A DNA stretch of 44,664 bases from a virus: positions 1 through 44,664 of the IMG/VR virus record IMGVR_UViG_3300002461_000491; one strand, written 5' to 3'. Positions 15,990 to 23,918 of the stretch are shown one piece after another. Below the pieces are notes generated by a model. That model searched no databases. It was not told where the DNA came from and saw only the letters and a program-made list of their open reading frames with translations. The translations under genes were made by a program, and so were the position numbers. Each line of letters starts with the position of its first letter. Within the stretch, counting starts at the first letter, position 1.

Positions 15990-18653
15990 TCAGGCAGCGC
16001 GGGCGATCCGGGCCGCAGCGCTGAACAGCACCAGGCTGGTGTTGGCGTTCTTGCGCTGGGTGGGGGTGTGGCACACGATGAACTGCTCGCCGTAGTTTTC
16101 ACGGGCGCCGACGAACATGCCGTTGTTGTCCCGCGCCTCCTCCAGGTTGTTCATCGAGAACGGCCGCATCATGCGGAAGCGGGTGTTGGCCCGCTCACCC
16201 ACCAGGATGCGCACGTCACCGGTGTTCAGGCCCGGCGCACGGGTGTTGAAGGCCGGGATGCCCTTGACCATGCCCACGCTGCCATCGGCGTTCAGACCCG
16301 ACCCGGGGCGCGACCCGTTGGCGGTGAAGGTGGTGGCCTGGCCCAAGGCGTTGTCCACCGCGCCGCTCATCAACAGCAGGTTGGCGGTGTAGTAGCGGTC
16401 GTTCTCCACCACCACCTTGCGCGCGCCGATGAAGTTGAGCACCCGGTCGTACACCGCCCCGATGGTGTCCGGCGACGCGCCAACGTCGATGTTGACCTTG
16501 CTGGCGTTGAGCGTGTAGGTGTAGGCCACGGTCAGCACCCAGCCGTTGGTGGGGGTGGCCAGAACGCCCAGCTCGTTCACAAAGCGGATCTCACCCAGGT
16601 TGTAGTCCATCACCCAGTACAGGCCGGCCGCCAGGGTGGTGCCGCTCACGTACTCGGAGCGAGCAACCGCGTTCAAGGTCACCGTGACGCCCTGCAGCGT
16701 GCTGCCAACCTGCACACCCTTCAGATCGAACACGCGGCGCGGCCGCACCACCGGGAACTGCGTCAGGATGAAGATCTTGTTGGTGCCGTTCACCTGCGCG
16801 GTCAGCGTGTCCGTGATGGTGGCGGTCAACGCCTCGTCGCTCGAGCGCAGCACCTCGTTCTGGATCACCGAGTCGGTGTCCTCACCCACGATGCGGATGA
16901 CGTTGCGGGTGTTCTCGGCCAGGGGGTCGAAGTCGATCGGGCTGCCACCCAGCAGGTACCGCATTTCGTTGCTGAGCTTGAAGCTCAGCTTCTGCGGGAT
17001 GGGGCGCGCCTCCTCGAACGTCTGGATCACGCCGGCACGCGGGATGGCCTGGTTCTCGTAGGTGCGGGCCTGGGACACGCCAGCGCCGGTGGTGTCACGG
17101 TAGCTGTACGGGATCTGCACCACCGCAGCAAAGTCCACCGTGCCCACGTTGACGAAGCTCAGGCCGACCATCTGGTACAGCGCTTCACGCAGCACAGTGC
17201 GCTCGAAGATGGCGGGCACACCCACGTCACCGCTGTTGCCGCTGCCGGCGGCCAGCATCTTGTGCTCATTGGACAGGCGGGCACCGTGAATCAGGTCAAA
17301 GTGCGCCAGCGCCTTCTCGGCAAAGGCCTTGTTGTGCGCCAGAAGCTGGCCACCGGTGCGGGCGTAGCGCTCGGCATCGGGCATGCCAACGATGCCCAGG
17401 CGCCGGTCGACCTGCTCCTGCAGAGCCTTCACCTGGTTGCCGGATTCGACCGTGATGTGCACGCTGCCGGAAGCCGGGCGAAAGCCCAGCGTGGCCAGCT
17501 GCTGGGCGGCACTGACCTGCGTGTACTTGGTGATGGCGAACTCGGCCAGGCGCTTCACCTGGTCGTCGCTCAGTTCCTTGGTCACCAGGGGCTGCAGCTC
17601 GGCCACCAGGGCGGTCTTCACCTCGTCGGCAATGCTGGGCGCGGCGGCCACGGTGTCGCTCAGCAGCTTGACCTTGCCGGCCAGGGCGGTGGCGGCCTCG
17701 GTGGCGGTGGCGGCCTGCTGGGCCAGCACGCGGCCCACCTCGGCCTGCACGGCGGTGGCGTCCATGCCTGCGCCGACCTGCAGGTTGATCACCGGGGCCA
17801 GTTGTGCACCGCCAGGGGCGGCCAGCGCCTTCAGCTGGGTGTGCAGGGCCTGGCCAGCGGCGCAGAACGTGTCCACCATCGCCAGGCACTTGGTGTCGTC
17901 AGCGGCTGCGGCTTCCAGCTGCTTCAGCGCAGCGTCGAGGATGGGTTGGCACTGCGCTTCAGTCAGGCCCAGGGCCAGCAGTTTTTCGCGCAGGGCCTTC
18001 AGGTGCTTGTTCATGGTGTCGATCTCCGTCAGGGTCTTCAGCAGGGATGGGTGGATGGCCAACTTGGCCGTGTCGTCGTCGGGGTCGGCTGTGCCGTCGT
18101 GGCTCAGCTGCACAGGGTCCAGGTTCTTGACCACGGGGCGCGTGGTCAGCCCGGCGCCCAGCAGCACGCAGCCGTGGGCGTTGCCCTTCTCGTTGTCGCG
18201 CCAGTCCTCGTGGTACTCGGCGCTCAGGTAGGAAAAACCGCGCTTCTTGACGGCATCGATCCCGAAGTCCGTCCACTCCACCAGTGCGCGCAGGCGGCCG
18301 TTGTCCACGGCCAGCTTGACCACGCGGCAGGCGGCACCGTCACTGGGCTTGTGCGCCACGTCGAAGAACACGTCCTGTCCCAGAACGCGGCCGTCGAAGT
18401 TGCTCACCATCTGCGCCAGCATGGCCGGCGTGATGTCGAAAGCCCCATACCGTGGGTCAGTGAAGGTGCCCGTCCGGGTCACCGTCACCCACGATGTCTT
18501 CGCGCCATCGGCCAGCGTGATGGGCAGGGAGAGAAACCTCACCCGGCCCGGCGCGCCGTTGTCTTCTGCCAAGAAGATGTGGCGCGCCACCGCGGGGCAG
18601 CGCGCCACGAACTCGGCAAGCCGAGGAGACATGTGCAGGGATTGGTGGTGCAT
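15990..18653 (-). CDS. Fused prohead protease (Mu gpI-like) - scaffold - major capsid protein, 887 aa
   Basis: Residues 1-200 look like the Mu-like prophage I protease family (FFDVAHKPSDGAACRVVKLAVDNGRLRALVEWTDFGIDAVKKRGFSYLSAEY...LTTRPVVKNL). Residues about 215-430 are Ala/Leu/Gln-rich coiled coil. Residues about 430-887 are capsid-like. There is no stop codon in 2.66 kb. An alternative ATG is at 18632. Confidence 0.65.
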   Translation of the reverse strand: MHHQSLHMSPRLAEFVARCPAVARHIFLAEDNGAPGRVRFLSLPITLADGAKTSWVTVTRTGTFTDPRYGAFDITPAMLAQMVSNFDGRVLGQDVFFDVAHKPSDGAACRVVKLAVDNGRLRALVEWTDFGIDAVKKRGFSYLSAEYHEDWRDNEKGNAHGCVLLGAGLTTRPVVKNLDPVQLSHDGTADPDDDTAKLAIHPSLLKTLTEIDTMNKHLKALREKLLALGLTEAQCQPILDAALKQLEAAAADDTKCLAMVDTFCAAGQALHTQLKALAAPGGAQLAPVINLQVGAGMDATAVQAEVGRVLAQQAATATEAATALAGKVKLLSDTVAAAPSIADEVKTALVAELQPLVTKELSDDQVKRLAEFAITKYTQVSAAQQLATLGFRPASGSVHITVESGNQVKALQEQVDRRLGIVGMPDAERYARTGGQLLAHNKAFAEKALAHFDLIHGARLSNEHKMLAAGSGNSGDVGVPAIFERTVLREALYQMVGLSFVNVGTVDFAAVVQIPYSYRDTTGAGVSQARTYENQAIPRAGVIQTFEEARPIPQKLSFKLSNEMRYLLGGSPIDFDPLAENTRNVIRIVGEDTDSVIQNEVLRSSDEALTATITDTLTAQVNGTNKIFILTQFPVVRPRRVFDLKGVQVGSTLQGVTVTLNAVARSEYVSGTTLAAGLYWVMDYNLGEIRFVNELGVLATPTNGWVLTVAYTYTLNASKVNIDVGASPDTIGAVYDRVLNFIGARKVVVENDRYYTANLLLMSGAVDNALGQATTFTANGSRPGSGLNADGSVGMVKGIPAFNTRAPGLNTGDVRILVGERANTRFRMMRPFSMNNLEEARDNNGMFVGARENYGEQFIVCHTPTQRKNANTSLVLFSAAARIARAA

Positions 18654-18733
18654 GGCGGGCCGATGATCGGCCGCCCACCGGTGACGTTTGAAGGGGTGGG
18701 TTATGCGCCGACAGGCCTGTGCGGCGGCCGGCG

Positions 18734-19012
18734 CTAAGGGCGCTGGTCTGCGGTCTGCACAGTGTCAGCGTAGGCGCTGTCCTGCTGGTCCCACCAGCTG
18801 GCTGGCATGGGCTGGGCTTCAGCCACGTTCTGCCAGCGCCGGCCATCCCACAGGGTCAGCACGCGCCCGCCGTCACCCAGCACGCGCCACACGGCGCCGG
18901 TGGCATGGGCCAGCATGGTGGCGGCCTGTTGCACGCGCTGCGCATCGCCCAAAGGGTAAGCGGTGCCCACACTGCGCCAGCCGCTGGTGGTGTAGTGCTG
19001 CAGGATCAGCAT
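18734..19012 (-). CDS. Hypothetical protein translationally coupled to the integrase (92 aa)
   Basis: Its ATG at 19012 overlaps the integrase stop (ATGCTGA). Composition is plausible, with no recognisable motif. Confidence 0.45.
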   Translation of the reverse strand: MLILQHYTTSGWRSVGTAYPLGDAQRVQQAATMLAHATGAVWRVLGDGGRVLTLWDGRRWQNVAEAQPMPASWWDQQDSAYADTVQTADQRP

Positions 19013-20034
19013 GCGGCTGCCTGGTCAGACATCGGCACACGCTTCCAGTCGTTGCGCGACAAGCCCCGGTCATTGAGGTAGATCTCGGTAATCTCGATGT
19101 CGCTGTGGCCCAGCAGGGTCTGCAACACCTTGCGGTCCAGGCCCTGGGCCTCGTAAGTGCGGGCAGCAAGCGACCGGGTTTCATGCAAGCTGGGCCGCTT
19201 GTGCGTGCCGGGGTCCTTGTCTCCCAGCACGGCCTTGATGTGCTGGCAGAACCTGGCCGACAGGCTGCTGATCTCAATCGGCCGGCCGCTGGCTTGGCGC
19301 AACAGCGTGGGCCCTGGCTTGGCCGACTGGCGGCAGTGCTCGATCACGTCACCCACCGTCATGCCGATGCAGTCCATGCGCAGCGTCAGCGGGATCTCTA
19401 CTCGGGCGCCGTAGCCCTTGCCGGCTTCCTTCTGTTGCTCGATGCGCAGGTGCCCGTCCACCACATCGTCGAACCGCACCTTGCCCAGGTCGGCGCGGCG
19501 CTGGCCGATGGCCAAGCCCAGCAGCAGCATCGACTCGACCCAGCGCTGCGGGCAGGCCTGGGCCAGCGTGCGCATTTGCATCCAGACCTCGAGCTCCAGC
19601 CGCTCGCGCATCACCTTGTGCTTTGGCGGCTTGATGTCGCGCGCCGGGTTTGTCTCGGCCCAGCCGTTGGCGATCGCCTCGACGTAGGCGTCGCGCAGCT
19701 CGGACAGCACGCGCACCGCCGTGCTGCTCTTCTCCTTTGGGAATGTGCGCAGCGCGCTGGCCACCGCGTGTGGCTTCAGCTCGGCGATCGGCACCGTGCC
19801 CCACAGCCGCCGGACATGCGCCAGGTTGCTGCGGCGGTTCTTGATCGTCTGGGCCTTGTAGCCCCGGGTCAGCAGGATGCCGTCGTGCATGTCCAGCCAG
19901 TCGGCCAGTGTGCGGGCCGCTGCGATCGGCTGCGCTGTCGGCACAGCCGCAGGTGCGGGCAGGCCACCAGCCGGCAGCATGCGCAGGGCCTGCGCCATCA
20001 TTTCCAGCATGCCGGCCAGGTCGGCCGGAGTCAT
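19006..20034 (-). CDS. int: Tyrosine integrase, lambda/phage-integrase family
   Basis: 342 aa carrying the catalytic signatures GQRRADL (Arg), HETRSLAAR (HxxR) and LLGHSDIEITEIYL (His...Tyr). Confidence 0.85.
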   Translation of the reverse strand: MTPADLAGMLEMMAQALRMLPAGGLPAPAAVPTAQPIAAARTLADWLDMHDGILLTRGYKAQTIKNRRSNLAHVRRLWGTVPIAELKPHAVASALRTFPKEKSSTAVRVLSELRDAYVEAIANGWAETNPARDIKPPKHKVMRERLELEVWMQMRTLAQACPQRWVESMLLLGLAIGQRRADLGKVRFDDVVDGHLRIEQQKEAGKGYGARVEIPLTLRMDCIGMTVGDVIEHCRQSAKPGPTLLRQASGRPIEISSLSARFCQHIKAVLGDKDPGTHKRPSLHETRSLAARTYEAQGLDRKVLQTLLGHSDIEITEIYLNDRGLSRNDWKRVPMSDQAAAC

Positions 20035-20055
20035 GCTGATTCTCGGGTTGGTTCC

Positions 20056-20084
20056 ATCCTTTTATTGAATCACCGCAAAAGGAT
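20056..20084. promoter_or_regulatory. Inverted repeat in the AT-rich int / small-gene divergent region
   Basis: ATCCTTTT (20056-20063) and AAAAGGAT (20077-20084) form a perfect 8-bp inverted repeat with a 13-nt spacer. It abuts a TTGACA hexamer at 20085-20090. Confidence 0.45.
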
Positions 20085-20114
20085 TTGACAACCCCCGATT
20101 TGCGTGATGCAACA

Positions 20115-20306
20115 ATGAATGACATGAACAGCGAACCAAAAAGCAAACGCGGGCGGCCCTTCAAGTCAGACGAACAGAGGCTGGTGCAACGCTCAATCAG
20201 GCTGCTGCCGTCACAGTGGGCCAAGTACGACGCGGCGGGAGGCATCGAATGGCTTCGCGGGCTGATCGATCGCTCGAAGCCGAAGACGCCGCCGGACAAG
20301 GGTTGA
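20115..20306 (+). CDS. Small basic DNA-binding-like protein (63 aa), candidate excisionase/regulator
   Basis: ATG at 20115 (MNDMNSEPKSKRGRPFKSDEQRLVQRSIRLLPSQWAKYDAAGGIEWLRGLIDRS). The track start at 20085 is a TTG that coincides with the TTGACA hexamer. It is divergent from int. No family was recognised. Confidence 0.4.
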   Translation: MNDMNSEPKSKRGRPFKSDEQRLVQRSIRLLPSQWAKYDAAGGIEWLRGLIDRSKPKTPPDKG

Positions 20307-20337
20307 AGCACTCCGGGTGCACCTATGGGGGCTTGGA

Positions 20338-20544
20338 TCAGGCTTCGGCCGGTTCGCGGTAGCCGACAGGCATGGTGTAGTGCCGCGCCAAACTGTCGTG
20401 CTGGCAGTCTTTGCCGATGCCGTAGCACAGCCAGCACTGCGAGCCGCTGCAGGCGGTGCAGCCATCCTGATTTGCGGGCGACCACTCGCACCCGCCGTAG
20501 ATCAGGCCGGGCTCATAGCCGGTCAGGTTGCTGAGGCTGTTCAT
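20338..20544 (-). CDS. Cysteine-rich small protein (68 aa, 6 Cys)
   Basis: ATG at 20544 gives MNSLSNLTGYEPGLIYGGCEWSPANQDGCTACSGSQCWLCYGIGKDCQHDSLARHYTMPVGYREPAEA. The Cys spacing is C-x9-C-x2-C-x4-C-x2-C-x6-C. It starts 27 nt after the upstream stop. Confidence 0.5.
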   Translation of the reverse strand: MNSLSNLTGYEPGLIYGGCEWSPANQDGCTACSGSQCWLCYGIGKDCQHDSLARHYTMPVGYREPAEA

Positions 20545-20570
20545 GTCGGGTGTCACCTCTGGGGATGGGG

Positions 20571-21062
20571 TCAGCCGGCCGGGTGCTTCACCGGCAGCGC
20601 GGCCAGTCGCCTGTACTTCTCGGGCGTGTCGTGGCCGTCCCACTTGCCGGTGTAGGCCGGCAGGTCGGCGAACAGGTACGCCTGCGAGTCGTGGAAGTGC
20701 CAGGACGCCTGCCCGGTCGGCAAGTCGATGTAGACGCAGCCGTGCCAGTCTTCCGACCACCCCTCGATGGCCGTCCGCGCCACGCCTGACGGGTACGCCT
20801 TCGCCAGCGCGGCCACCACCTGGTTGCGTTCGAGGTAGGCCGCATCCTTGCGGGCCTCCATGTCCTTCAGCGCGTCACCGCCTGGCGTCGGGTACAGGTC
20901 GGCGTGCAGCACGTCAGATCCGCAGCCACGGCAGCGCCACAGCGAGCGCTTGCCGCCGCGCTGGTTGATTTCGTCGCCGTGGATGTTGCGCACGAAGTCG
21001 AACTCCAGGTGCTGGCAGAGCAGGCGGCGGATGAAGGTCAGGAGGGCCATAGGCAAGTGCAC
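20571..21062 (-). CDS. Conserved phage protein with ASWH...WDGH C-terminal motif
   Basis: 159-163 aa (GTG at 21062 or ATG at 21050). The sequence includes WRCRGCGSDV, then TGQASWHFHDSQAYLFADLPAYTGKWDGHDTPEKYRRL. I recall a phage WDGH-motif domain family, but this is unverified. Confidence 0.5.
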   Translation of the reverse strand: MHLPMALLTFIRRLLCQHLEFDFVRNIHGDEINQRGGKRSLWRCRGCGSDVLHADLYPTPGGDALKDMEARKDAAYLERNQVVAALAKAYPSGVARTAIEGWSEDWHGCVYIDLPTGQASWHFHDSQAYLFADLPAYTGKWDGHDTPEKYRRLAALPVKHPAG

Positions 21063-21077
21063 CGGCAGGGGATGGGA

Positions 21078-23834
21078 TCAGACCTCGATCAGCCAGAAAT
21101 AGCTGTTCTCGTCGGCTGTGCGCACCGTGCAGACAAAGCCGGTGGCATCGGTCAGCAGGGAGCGCGGCGCAGCGCGCTTGACCCCAGCACGGTTCAGCGC
21201 CGAGACACGCGGGCGGCCCTTGGCTGTCTGCACAACCTTGAGCGTGGCCGCCACGTCGCTGGCCTGGATGGGGTAATCGCCACCTCCGCCCGCCGCGATG
21301 GTCTTGCGCGTGGCGTCGGTGAACGCCATGCCGGTGTTCTGGCTGTCGCCGGCCAGCCCAATCAGCAGCTTGCGCGACAGGCCGATGTCCAGTCCATCCA
21401 GGCTGGTGACGAACATCGATGCATCGGTGGTCAGCGCGTCGATACGCACATTGCCGAACGTCACCGGCAGCGAGGCCCCGACGTGGCTGAAAAACACCGT
21501 GCGGGCGGTGTTGATCCAGGTTTGCTTAGTGCGCCGCGACCAGCCCCATTGCAGGTTGCCGGCCACCACCACGTTGGCGCCCTCGGACCAAGTGCCTGCC
21601 GAAAGTGCGCCGCTAGCCGCGGCAAAGCTCGCGCTTGTGATCTGCACGAAGTCGCCGGTGCCCTTGGTGATCGTCAGCGGCCCGTTGCGCAGTCCGGTGC
21701 CCGGCCAAGTGCCCGAAGCCCCTGTGATGTTGGAAATGAAGATCACGTCGCCAGTCACCAGCGTGTTGCCGGTGAGCGTGAGCACCGGCGACCCTTGGGT
21801 GGCGGTGAGACCGCCCACAGTGCCGGTGAAGGCGATGGCCGCGATATTGCCGCTGTTGGCTGTCACGCTCACCAGCGTTGGGTGATCTGCCGCGATGGCG
21901 CCGGCTGCCTGCGCTTCACTGGCAAGCGTGGAGAGCTGCTTCGGATTCCAAGTTGCAGCCAGCGCGTCGTCGGTGGTGTCATCGGTCCAATCGACGCCCG
22001 CACGGCGCAGAGCCGCGATGAAGTAAAGCGGCTGCAACAGCGTGAACATTGAGCGCGCCGGCCGCGCCGTGTTCACCGGATTGGTGCCGTAGTGCCGCTC
22101 GTTCAGCAGAATCTGCTGGCGCTTGGTGACGTCCATCGGCGACACATCGCCCCGCAGCATCAGCGCGGCCAGCATCACCCGCACGAAATCGTTGGTGACG
22201 TTGCCGGGGCAGTGGTACGGCTCGATGCGGCGCAGCCGGTTGCCGTGCGTGGTCGTGTCGTTGAAGTAGTCAAGCGCAAAGACGTCACCCTGGGCAAAGT
22301 GGGTCATGTACTGGCTGTCGTGGGTGCGCGTCACTGCCGCCATCACCGGGAACTGCGCCATGTACTTGCACCAGGCCGGCCACCCGTACTCGGCAGCGAC
22401 GAAGGGTTTGTTGTTGTTCAGCAGCGACGGCATCAGCATCGCGTTTTCGTAGTCCCAGATGGGCGAATTCCCCTGTGGGGCCAGCATGGTGCTGCCGTCT
22501 GCAATGCCGTTGTTGATCACGGTGCTGTAAGCGTGCGGCGCGTAGACCTGATTGATCGGGTACTTGCCGTAGCCTCGGCCCTCCAGCAGCGTGTGATAAA
22601 TCTCCGACCACCAGGTGATGCCGGGGAATCCCAGCGCAGTGATCTGTGCACTGAAGAAAGCGGCGAGGTCATCCTCCAGGTACTGCGCGTACTTGACCGC
22701 ATCGACGGCCTGGCGCGTGGACGGAAAGCTGGTGTTGAACGGGGGAACCGTCACCGCAGCAGCGACAGCAAACGATGCGTGAGCGCTGCCCCAGGCAGTA
22801 TTGAGGGCGGCCAAGTTCGCGTAGCCGTGCGACTTGGCGGAATCGCTCAGCCACTCCACCCAGGTCTGCGCCGCAGGCGTACTGCCGCCGGTGCGAGTCA
22901 GCCAGACTGAAGGGAACTGCACCTGGGCGCAGAACGTGGTGGACTGCTCGTTGAAGACCGACACCGCCAGCATGGCGGGGTCTTGCAACATGTTCAGCCC
23001 GGTGTAGGGGTTCACACGGTTCAGCAGCGCGCTGACGCCTGCGGTCCAGTTGGCGCGAATGTTTGCCTCGGTATACATGCGAGGCTTGGCGCTGCTGGCT
23101 TCGGTGTAGGTAAACCGGTTCGTTGCGCCGTCCATGTCCAAGAACAGGTTGTAGCTCTGGACGTTGAACACCCAAAAGATGCCCACTCGCTTCAGTTCGG
23201 ACAGGAAGAAGTCGAACAGGTCCAGCCGCGCAGGATTGAAGATGGCTGCGCCATCGATCCCAGCCATGAGCCAGTTTTCGACACCATGAATGCGCAGCCC
23301 GTTGTAACCCTGCCGGGCAAGGTTCTCGGCCGCAGCAGTCACCGCTGCGCGGTCGCTCGGGATTGGCGCGAAGGTGGTGTCGGGCGCCCAGGATGCGACG
23401 TTGAAACGCACCTCGACGCCAGCCTCATGCAGCTTGGTGCCGCTGACGGTGACCCGGCCACGGCTTCCAGCTGGCGTGGCGGTGGTACGCCACGTTGACA
23501 GGTCCAGCGCCCCAAGGGGTGCAATGGCGAGGGATTCGTCCTCCAGCGGTAGCCGGGCATTGGCAAAAGTTGCGGGCGCCACCTGCTGAGAACGAATCCC
23601 ACCCTCTGACACCAGGGCTAGAGCTTGGGCGGCCTGGGCCTCAGGCATCAGCCCGTAGCGCTGACCATCCACCTCGATCACCGGGTCCTTGCCGGCCTCA
23701 TCGATGACAGTCAGCGCAGGGTTTCGCGGAAGCGCTGCGCCATCGTCGACGAAGACGCCATCCCCGGGCAGCACCATGCGGCCGTCGATCGGCCGTGGCC
23801 GGCTGGTGGTGTTGGCGACCCAGATCTTGCCCAT
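21078..23834 (-). CDS. Large clan GH-A (GH5-like) glycoside hydrolase-like protein, candidate polysaccharide depolymerase
   Basis: ATG at 23834 is preceded by AGGAG with a 5-nt spacer (the track start at 23867 is upstream of it). The sequence shows GYNGLRIHGVENW, LAVSVFNEQS (the Asn-Glu acid/base motif, Glu codon 22947-22949) and FVAAEYGW (candidate nucleophile Glu, codon 22389-22391). A beta-rich tail of about 350 aa follows. GC3 is lower than in the core genes. Confidence 0.55.
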   Translation of the reverse strand: MGKIWVANTTSRPRPIDGRMVLPGDGVFVDDGAALPRNPALTVIDEAGKDPVIEVDGQRYGLMPEAQAAQALALVSEGGIRSQQVAPATFANARLPLEDESLAIAPLGALDLSTWRTTATPAGSRGRVTVSGTKLHEAGVEVRFNVASWAPDTTFAPIPSDRAAVTAAAENLARQGYNGLRIHGVENWLMAGIDGAAIFNPARLDLFDFFLSELKRVGIFWVFNVQSYNLFLDMDGATNRFTYTEASSAKPRMYTEANIRANWTAGVSALLNRVNPYTGLNMLQDPAMLAVSVFNEQSTTFCAQVQFPSVWLTRTGGSTPAAQTWVEWLSDSAKSHGYANLAALNTAWGSAHASFAVAAAVTVPPFNTSFPSTRQAVDAVKYAQYLEDDLAAFFSAQITALGFPGITWWSEIYHTLLEGRGYGKYPINQVYAPHAYSTVINNGIADGSTMLAPQGNSPIWDYENAMLMPSLLNNNKPFVAAEYGWPAWCKYMAQFPVMAAVTRTHDSQYMTHFAQGDVFALDYFNDTTTHGNRLRRIEPYHCPGNVTNDFVRVMLAALMLRGDVSPMDVTKRQQILLNERHYGTNPVNTARPARSMFTLLQPLYFIAALRRAGVDWTDDTTDDALAATWNPKQLSTLASEAQAAGAIAADHPTLVSVTANSGNIAAIAFTGTVGGLTATQGSPVLTLTGNTLVTGDVIFISNITGASGTWPGTGLRNGPLTITKGTGDFVQITSASFAAASGALSAGTWSEGANVVVAGNLQWGWSRRTKQTWINTARTVFFSHVGASLPVTFGNVRIDALTTDASMFVTSLDGLDIGLSRKLLIGLAGDSQNTGMAFTDATRKTIAAGGGGDYPIQASDVAATLKVVQTAKGRPRVSALNRAGVKRAAPRSLLTDATGFVCTVRTADENSYFWLIEV

Positions 23835-23841
23835 TGCGGCT

Positions 23842-23876
23842 CCTGAAACGCGGGCGAAGTCCCGCACGGTTTCAGG
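23842..23876 (-). promoter_or_regulatory. 5' leader stem-loop overlapping the glycosidase Shine-Dalgarno
   Basis: The mRNA reads CCUGAAAC-cgu-GCGGG-acuucg-CCCGC-GUUUCAGG-AGccgcaAUG. This is 13 bp of stem with a 3-nt bulge, and the 3' arm contains the first three bases of AGGAG. Confidence 0.5.
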
Positions 23877-23918
23877 ATTGGGCTTGTCCTCTCAGGACAT
23901 TTGCACCCCTGCGCGCAG

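Noticed and set aside
14832-18737. 1301-aa plus-strand ORF, together with similar giants at 37719-41507 (1262 aa), 9080-11518 (812 aa), 28803-31073 (756 aa), 30943-32850 (635 aa) and 37055-38893 (612 aa)
   Set aside because: Their translations are dominated by R/A/G/P/H/Q runs with no domain-like segments. They lie antisense to minus-strand genes that have clear motifs and strong GC3 bias. In high-GC DNA such stop-free antisense frames are expected artefacts.
20085-20114. TTG start at 20085 for the plus-strand small protein
   Set aside because: The TTG is the first triplet of a TTGACA hexamer that looks like a -35 element. The ATG at 20115 gives a more plausible start. The promoter itself remains unproven because no good -10 element was found.
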